From positions 1 to 49,678 of the forward strand of contig CAVNZM010000033.1 of assembly GCA_963693365.1 (NCBI GenBank): a DNA stretch of 49,678 bases, read 5' to 3'. How positions within the stretch are numbered: position 1 is the first letter of the stretch; each line of letters begins with the position of its first letter. Positions 41,193 to 49,678 of this stretch are shown in pieces. The position numbers and the translations under genes are program-made. This DNA is from Amoebidium appalachense (lineage: Eukaryota; Protista; Ichthyosporea). The notes under the pieces are model-generated. The model saw only the letters and a list, made by a program, of their open reading frames with translations. It ran no database searches and was not told the origin of the DNA.

Positions 41193-41408
41193 AGGCCTTA
41201 AGAAAAAAATACATACAAACAATACAAACAGTATACAAAGACAAGCAGATAACCACGCGTACATGTTTTGCGTGTATGATAGTGTGTGAAAGGAAAAAGG
41301 AGAGGAGAGAGGGGAGCTTCAATCCCCGCCGAAGACAACGTTTAAATAACAAGACCCGGGTCCTTTAGCTTCTGCCCAGATCTGAGATGCTGAAGTGGAG
41401 TCACTGAC

Positions 41409-41569
41409 AGGGATGCATCGGGTCGGTCGGCCCGACCTGGGACCGGCCGGTCACCGGATCGGTCAGTCGACCAAGCCCATTTTGGCCGATACCCGGGGGT
41501 TAAAAATACCCGGTCGGGTCGGCCTGTGACCGACCCGGCCCGGGGTCAAAACCCGGCAGAGTCATCTGG

Positions 41570-41607
<38 letters not shown>

Positions 41608-41827
41608 GTGGGGTAATATAGTTCAAATGATAGAGTTGTGCATAAATTTCCTTGTGTTTCCTGCACAAGAAAAACACACACGCACACACACACACACACG
41701 CACATACACACACTCTCTCTCTCCGAAAAGTTTCCCTCTCTCAGACCCTCTCTAGATCTCCCTTATTAGATAAACGTCTCCCTAGGCTCTCTCCCAGGGC
41801 CTCTAGATCTGTTCTCTCGGTCAAGGC

Positions 41828-41867
<40 letters not shown>

Positions 41868-41883
41868 CCCCCCCCCCCCCCCG

Positions 41884-41921
<38 letters not shown>

Positions 41922-41955
41922 TCGCTTCTCTCTCTCTCTCCCCCCCCCCCCCCCT

Positions 41956-42036
<81 letters not shown>

Positions 42037-42540
42037 CTAAGACACACACTGACTGGCACATCATCGTGACCATGGCACACACACACAAACACAGTCACAC
42101 CATCACATACACGCACACACACATTAAAACATACACACGCACACACACGCACACGCACTGCACACACACACATGCATGTGTGTACAGTGTGTCACGCACA
42201 CATAGACACATGTAATTGGAAGGTACACATACACATAAACATACTGACACACACACACACCGTGGCACACACACAAAAACACACACACACGCACACCAAT
42301 ACACACACACACACACAAGCGCGCGCACAGGCACACACTGAGTGACACAGTGAAACATACAGCTCTCTGCCGAGAACTTCCGAGGTTTTATGCCGGTCGG
42401 CCCGATGACCGACCCGGTTCGGAACTTGCGCGACCCGGGGACCGAACGACCGAGTTTGAGTTTTTGTGACCGACCATACCCGACCCGACAACATTGAAAC
42501 CCGACCGGGACCGGCCCGTGAAACTTTTGGTGCAGTGAGC
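41409..42540. mobile_element. Possible non-autonomous DNA transposon remnant(s) with CCGAC/GACCC subterminal repeats around a microsatellite core
   Basis: CAGGGATG at 41409 resembles hAT/Ac termini; dense GGTCGG/CCGACC motifs at 41420-41560 and 42390-42520. No matching TIR or TSD identified. Confidence 0.35.
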
Positions 42541-43169
42541 ATACATACTCGTCGGGTGTCGACGTCGGGCAGGCGCTTGTGTGGGTACATGTGGCCTTGT
42601 GCAAACGTGGCAGCGTGGCACCGGCGTGAGCGCCCGTGCACCGTTTCTGAGCAAGGCATGTAGTGGATAGATCGCGATACAGTAGATGTGTATAATAAAG
42701 ACAGTCGTAGCCTATCTGGCCAATACAGTACCGTAAGAGTCTGGCCAGGAGGCAGCCTAACTGAGCTTGAGTCGACGTCGAACGAAGATCATTGCTGAGC
42801 CAAACACCAAACGTTGATCATGATGCGCACTGGGTCTCATATGCATGAGAACATAGGGCACGTTGTAGGTGTGACGACATTGTAACGACAAAAAGCATTG
42901 GCGGGCATGCACGTGATCCGGAGTAGCATTGGCAACTGATGATGGCGACAGCTATCGATATCATCAGTGCAGTACCGTTGACCGTTGGAAACCGTCACAC
43001 GGTGCGTGTGCGTGTGATCACGGCGTGCACATGTGCCATGAGTGTACGTACACGCGCTGTGTGCAGGCCAATAAAAATGTCTGCATGTGCATGTGATGAT
43101 GTGCGTGTATATGTAATAAGTGTGACTGCGAGTACATGCCGCGTGTCTGCCACATTTAAGCTGTACATG

Positions 43170-43212
43170 TACATGTGTGTGTGTGTGTGTGTATGTGTGT
43201 GTGTGTGTGTAC

Positions 43213-43306
<94 letters not shown>

Positions 43307-43307
43307 A

Positions 43308-43343
<36 letters not shown>

Positions 43344-43520
43344 ACACCTTGTACATTTTGTTTTGTTGAATTTAAACGAATGCAATGTTATTTGTGCACA
43401 TTGATTATTGAATGGATGCATACCGTAGTGACGTCCGATATATGGGTACTGCGGGAGACGGTTTGTGTGTGTACATCATGTTCGTGTGACTCAGTCTGTG
43501 TGTGTGTGTGTGTGTGTGAC

Positions 43521-43556
<36 letters not shown>

Positions 43557-43643
43557 TGTGTGTATGTGTGACACTGCGTGTGTGTGTATGCGTGACACTG
43601 TGTGTGTGTGTGTGTGTATGTGTACAGTATGTGTGTGCATGTT

Positions 43644-43719
<76 letters not shown>

Positions 43720-43735
43720 CGCGCGTGCGTGCGTG
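43170..43735. repeat. (TG)n microsatellite blocks
   Basis: Directly visible dinucleotide arrays. Confidence 0.95.
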
Positions 43736-44225
43736 TCTGACAAACATCTTCTTCCTGATGCCAATTGGTGGAAACCCTTAGCGGCACATATCGATATTCT
43801 GTCCCCCTCCTCTCCCCATTCTTCCCCTTTCCGGCCAAATGTGGACGCCAACGTGCATGTGGGCACAACCCCCTCCCCCCTCCCCCCCACCAAATGGATG
43901 CAGTGTTCTGGGTTGAACTTGCATTTTACGCGTTACTGGTGTTCCATCCTCTTACGTAATCACATGAAATTTCCCTACCTCTTACTGATATTATCCTGTC
44001 CTCCACCTTGATCCCCCCCTCCACCACCCGGCACCCCCTCCTCTGCTCCTTCCCTCCCTCCCCGAACACCGTACACACGGGTTGAGAATAAAAATAAATT
44101 ATAAAAAAAGCAACCACCCACCCACCTGGGTAACAGTTTTGAAGAATCTCCTGAAGGGTGGGTGTCACTGAGCTTCCCCCCCTCAAATCCCCCATATATT
44201 ATGTAAGAGTCACGGTGGTTAACAC

Positions 44226-44409
44226 TGTTAGAAAGCCACAGCTAGTGAGTTACTGTGATATGGTTGATTGAGGTGGGGGAGGAGCGTGTTTGATTTTTCT
44301 TTCGTTCTTCCTTCCTTCCGAGTCCTTTCTTTCTTTCTTTCCTTCTTCCCCCCCCCCCCCCCCCCCCCCCCTCTTTTTCTTTTGTTTGTTTACGGTTTTT
44401 GGACGGGAT

Positions 44410-44463
<54 letters not shown>

Positions 44464-47400
44464 GTCATCTTCACTTGATTCTCAGCAAGACTTAGAAGTT
44501 GAGTTTTGTATTTATTTATTAGTTGTTGTAGTTTGTTTCCTTTTCCTTTCTTCATTTCTTTCTTTCCTTTCTGTTTCCGTGTACACGACATCTTAGATCT
44601 GTGTACGTATCGACATACTTAGCTCGCGCACACGTATTGTCGTTTGTGTCAAAATCTATATATGTCATCCAATCATATCTCGTTTGTATTTTCCCAAATA
44701 TAGTAACTTACATTCCTTTCTCATTCCTTTCTCACGACGTAGCATTGTGCTATGTTCTTCAACTATTAGGAATAATTATATTTAGACGTGTTATGATAAG
44801 AACATGTATAAATGTATGTTATGAATTAATAGTTACATAAGTGGTTTCATTTTGTTAAATGTTTCCGTGCTTTTATTAGAAGTTTCTTTCATTAGAGGAT
44901 TGAGTTTTATATTCTATGTGTCGACAGACATTTTAATCGATATATTTTACACTCATAGTTTTCGTTCTTTTGATTGGTTTATCGTTTCACATTCCCAAGT
45001 ATAAAAGGGACTTCATCTTGGAATAAATCTCAAGCAGTCGTATTCATTTCCTATGGTTCCAGAAATCGTTCCTCCTCTCCGGTTGTGTTTTTCCCGTGTG
45101 TCTCTGTGTTGTGTATATCATAACACCCATCTGTGCTCTCTGCTTCTCCGTTTACCCACACAAAATAACAGGTTTACGGCCCCTTTGCACGCTAACACAC
45201 AATCTCGTTACAACCGCGAAATCTCTCAGTCTTACTGCTTCAATCATGACTGACAAACCGTCGTATATCAACCTTCCAATATGGAATCCGTCCGAGAAAC
45301 GAGACGAGAAACGTCTTAATTATTTCGAGTGGGAGCCACTCATTCACCGGTTCATTAGAACAACCATTGCCGAGAAATTCGTTGACGCTATCAAGAGGCC
45401 ACAGTGGGTTGACGGCGCTGAAGCCAACCAGTGGCTAGGCTACGCCACCAAGGACTCTGACATATACTAATCCGTCTCAGCAGATCAGCCTAAGTCTACG
45501 ATCGAGATCGGGGGGGGGGGGGGGGGGGTGGCCCGGGTCCACAGATCATCAAGATCAAGTCCGAGGCCTCAAGATAGTTGTACAGCTGCGTGCATCTTGC
45601 CTCTGCCGGCGCAGGGCATTGGACCACGTCAGCCGGGGCAGCCGTCCAATAGAATTCTAATTAGTGTGTAGGATAGATCGTAGGAGGACTTAGGAATGTG
45701 ATTGTTCGGGCAGAAGCCCTTTTGTAAGTATTGGCAAGGTTTGATAGTGTATGTTGCCAAACGTATTTATATATTTCGATGTAGAGGAAAGGGGGGAGGG
45801 AGGGGGGGGGGAGGATAGTATGAAAGGTAGATTTAGACTCTGCGGTGCCACTAGGGGGAGGGTGAGGGGTGAGACATGGATAAATATATTAGTTGAGTAG
45901 ATCGACTTAGCTCGTGCAGGCGCACGATAAAAGTAGATCGGAATGTTTGGAATGTGGCATCGTAGGGGGGCCAGGTGATGATGATCTTTGAGGGCACGGC
46001 CTTGATGGCCTCAGTTGTAACTTAGTCTCATTCCGTACGGATCTAAGTTTTGCCCGTCGGAGGCTCCTGGTCTGAATAAACTTTACCGTTTTTCCGTACA
46101 CGTTCGTTCCTTTTCGTGTGTGTACACTTAGCAGAGTGCCGCGTCTCTAGTACATATACATTAGGATACGACAGACTCCTACAAGAAAGCTTCCGACGTC
46201 CTCGACCAGATCCTCAACCAGTCCGTCCATCCGACCGAGCTCTACCGTGACGACTCCGGCCGGATGCAAGACAGTGTCCACGGTGGTGAAGTCTTCCACA
46301 ACCTACGTATGGCGTATGTAGCAGAGAAGGAGGCCCGAGTCACCCAAATTCAAGTCACCTTCGAGGAGCTTGAACTACGAGACTACCCCAACGTCACAGC
46401 ATACCTCACCCGTCTCCAACGTCTGGCTACGACACTTGCCTGCCTCGACGAGCCCGTCCAGCACAAGGATGTCGTACGTAAGTTCTTCCTTCACCTCCGG
46501 AAGAACACGGCCTTGGTCTGCTCCGACATTGAACGTCTGTGCTCCGACTACTGGATGAACAACAAGGCCTACCCGTCCTTCAACCAGCTCATCAGTGACA
46601 TCCGAGGAGCTGAAATCCGTGCCGGCCTTATCGACGCAGGCACTGGTGCAACCGTCAACAACCGTCCCCTCCGTGCACTCCAGAGCAGAGTGCTTCCCCC
46701 CGGTGACCTCCGTAACCGTATTCCTCGACGTGAACATACACCTCACCGTTCCCCGTCCCGTTCCCGTGATCCTCGTCTTTCCTCCAAGTCACCCGGCCCC
46801 CGTTCAACTTCCCCTTACCACCGTGGTAACAGGGACAACCGTAACCGACAGCACAACACCAAGCAGGTTGAGTGTTCCTACTGTCATGAGCCTCACCACA
46901 TCACAGCATGCCCGGAGCCTGGCTGTACAGTTGCTCGTTGTGCCAAGCAGGAGAAAGGCAACAAGAGTGTGAAATTTGCACTCATCTCCTCCACCGGCAC
47001 ACCCGACAGTGACGACCCCATTTGGGACAGTGCTTGTAATGCACACATCTGCCCCATCAAGGAGTATTTCTCCTCTCTTACCCCGTGTCCTCCCACCCCC
47101 ATTCACGGCCTCGGCACCGTCAATGCCAAACAACGTGGCATCATCAACATGACACTGCACTACAACGGCAAACCAACACAGTGCAGCATCAATGCTTACT
47201 ACGTACCCGAGTCACCGTCTTTCCTCGTGTCTACCTCCATGGCCTCAGCTGCCGGCCTCCTGGGTCATTGTGACGATACAGACAACCACCCGTCGTTCCT
47301 CTACAGCCGTAATGGTGACATCATCTCAGATCTCACCCCCCTCGACGGTCTCTACTACATCACTGACTATGTGATTGAGACTCACACCCGGGAGTCCAAG

Positions 47401-49355
47401 CCTACACAGCAAGGACTCAACCAACCGCCGACCTCACCCTTTGGCACAACCGTCTCGGCCACCGTGCCCTCTCCACCGTCACCAGGATGGCCAAGGATGA
47501 GCTTGTCATCGGCATGCCCCCCTCCCTCAAGTCACCCGACAACAGTGACTGCTTCGGCTGCATGTCTGGCAAGACCACCAAGGCCCCCTTTCCCGGCACC
47601 CGTTCCAAGTTCACCATTCCCGGTGCTAAGTGGCACCTGGACTTCTTCGAAGCTCCCTGTGCTTCCTACGGAGGCTACAAGGTTGCTCTGGTGTGTGTTT
47701 GTGATGCCACCAGTTACACCACCGTGTTCCCCCTCTACAACCGTGGTGAAACCCTCAGCTACATTCAGTCTCTCGTTGAAACCATCGAACGTCAGACACC
47801 TGAGATCGTCACCCATCTCCGGTTTGACTCCGGCTCTGAGTTCACCTCCAAGGACACCGAGGCCTACTGCAAGCAGAAAGGCATCATCATGGAGTTTGCC
47901 CCCGTCGACACACCACAACACAACGGTGTTGTTGAACGGAAGATGAGAGACCTGCAAGAGACAGTCCGTTGCTTCCTCCATGCCGACAAGGACCAACCTC
48001 TCTCTCCCAAGTTGTGCTTTGCAACGGTCCCAACGGTGATGCCGTCATAGCTGCCCTCACCTCCGAGTACCAAGCCTTCATCACCAAGGATGTCTTCACC
48101 ATTGTTGATCCCCCCCCTAATGCCAACATCATCAAGTTCAAGTGGATTGTGACTGAGAAAGTCCTCAACTCAGCCGGTGACACCAAGATCAAAGCTCGTG
48201 GTGTTGCAAAGGGCTTCACTCAAGTCTACGGTGTTGACTACGGTGACACCTCTTCCCCCGTGGTGATGTCCTCCTCCGTCCGTGCCCTCCTTGCCATCGG
48301 TGTGGACGGCAACCACGAGATTCATCAACTCGACGTCTCAACTGCCTTCCTCAACAGTCCTCTTCAAGAAGACATCTAAATTGAGCCACCACCTGGCTTC
48401 ATCACCCCCGGCAACGAGCACAAGGTCTGGAAACTTAAGAAGGCACTCTACGGCCTCAAGCAAGCATCACTCGCCTGGTATGAGTACTTCGACAAGGTCC
48501 TCCTTGCTCACGGTCTTGAACGTCTCCGTTCAGATCCATGTGTCTACATCAAGACCTTCCCCAACGGTGACATCATCCTCACTGGCAACTATGTGGACGA
48601 CGTCATCATCATCTGCACGGCCAACTCTTCCCACACCAAGGATCTAGTAGACCACATCATGAAGTCAGCTCTCTGCAAGGTTGACCTCCCCGACATCTTC
48701 CTTGGCACCCAGCTCATCCACACCCCCGGTCACCTCAAGCTGCTTCAACAATCCTACATCAACGACATCGTCAGAGACTTCAACCTCAACGATGCTCACC
48801 CCAAGGCTACTCCCATCCCCGTCGGCACCGTCATCACCATCAACGAGAACGACTCACCACCCATCAAGGTTCCCTACCGTGAACTACTCGGCCGTCTTTT
48901 GTGGGTTGCTCGTTGTTCCCGGCCCGACATCTCCTTTGCCATCGGCTACCTCGGTAGATTCAGTGCCAACCCCACCAAACTTGCATGGGAATGTCTACTC
49001 CGTGTCGTTCGGTACCTCATCGGCACTTCCAACCTCGGCCTTCACTACGACAAGTCTGCTTCCGATGACAACACCCCCTTGCTGGAGTGTTATTCTGATG
49101 CTGACTTTGCCAACTGCCCCAACACCCGTCGTTCAACCACCGGATACGTCATCTTCTTCAAGGGCATACCCATCACATGGTATTCGAAGCTGCAGTCCAT
49201 CACGGCAACATCCACCACCGAGGCTGAGCTTCTAGCCATCAATGCTGCTGTTCAAAACGTCATCTGGCACCGTGATCTCCTCCGTGAACTCGGCTACCCG
49301 ATGACCGACCCCACCCCCGTCTACTGTGACAACCAGTCCACCATTCACTGCAAAC
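44226..49355 (+). mobile_element. Decayed Ty1/Copia element of a second, related family; 5' LTR 44226..45170, 3'-truncated
   Basis: TGTTA...TAACA 945-bp LTR candidate, PBS-like GGTTTACGGCCC, gag start at 45246, CSYCHEPHHITAC, WDSACN, FDSGSEF, YVDD, YSDADFA. Frameshift near 47410, internal deletion near 48015, TAA at 48377..48379, break in RNase H. Confidence 0.9.
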
Positions 49356-49366
49356 CCCTGCATTAG
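45246..49366 (+). pseudogene. gag-pol: Disrupted gag-pol of the second Copia family
   Basis: ORF fragments 45096..45470, 46264..47946, 47487..48050, 47969..48379 and 48593..49366 align colinearly with the copy 1/2 polyprotein. Confidence 0.88.
45458..46173. mobile_element. Solo LTR (716 bp) of a third family nested in gag
   Basis: TG...CA termini (TGACATAT / ATACGACA), TSD GACTC at 45453..45457 and 46174..46178. Removal restores the frame ATKDSYKKASDVLDQ. Confidence 0.85.
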
Positions 49367-49678
49367 AAAATCGTGCCCTACAAAGCACGACTGTGATCAC
49401 TACTACATGGGTATAAAGTCGTGCCGGCCGATCGACGATGTCGTTCTGACTCTTTTTTCTACGGGATGGTGCGCGCGCGCGCCGCCGTATTCCGGGAATG
49501 CATTCTTGGCCGTGACACATCATCACGGCGCACAGGAATGCATTCCTCGATCGAATGTGCGCACACACGCGCGCACGCGACCACAGACTCTGCACCGATC
49601 AAAACAGGCACCGACCTTACCCGTCGCCCAACGCCCCCCGACTCTGAACCGATAAAAATAGGCACCGACCTTCCCCGT

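Overview
Eukaryotic (protist-like) genomic DNA. From the left edge to roughly 36.5-38.0 kb it carries an endogenous Polinton/Maverick-like virus (Preplasmiviricota type) whose left end lies outside the window. Recognisable viral genes: protein-primed DNA polymerase B with an inserted VSR-like nuclease domain, a VLTF3-like late transcription factor, major capsid protein, A32-type packaging ATPase, minor capsid (penton) protein, three paralogous fibre-like genes, a 7-TM membrane protein, an rve (DDE) integrase, a phage-type N6-adenine methyltransferase and several orphans. Two near-identical, very young, full-length Ty1/Copia retrotransposons (925-bp LTRs, 5-bp TSDs) have inserted into the capsid gene and into the integrase gene; both genes rejoin in frame when the insertions are removed. 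To the right lies host DNA: a four-exon gene for a secreted protein of six saposin-A repeats, microsatellites, a perfect 26-bp-arm hairpin, hAT-like subterminal repeats, and a decayed Copia of a second family containing a nested solo LTR. All family assignments come from motif recognition by eye; no database searches were run.
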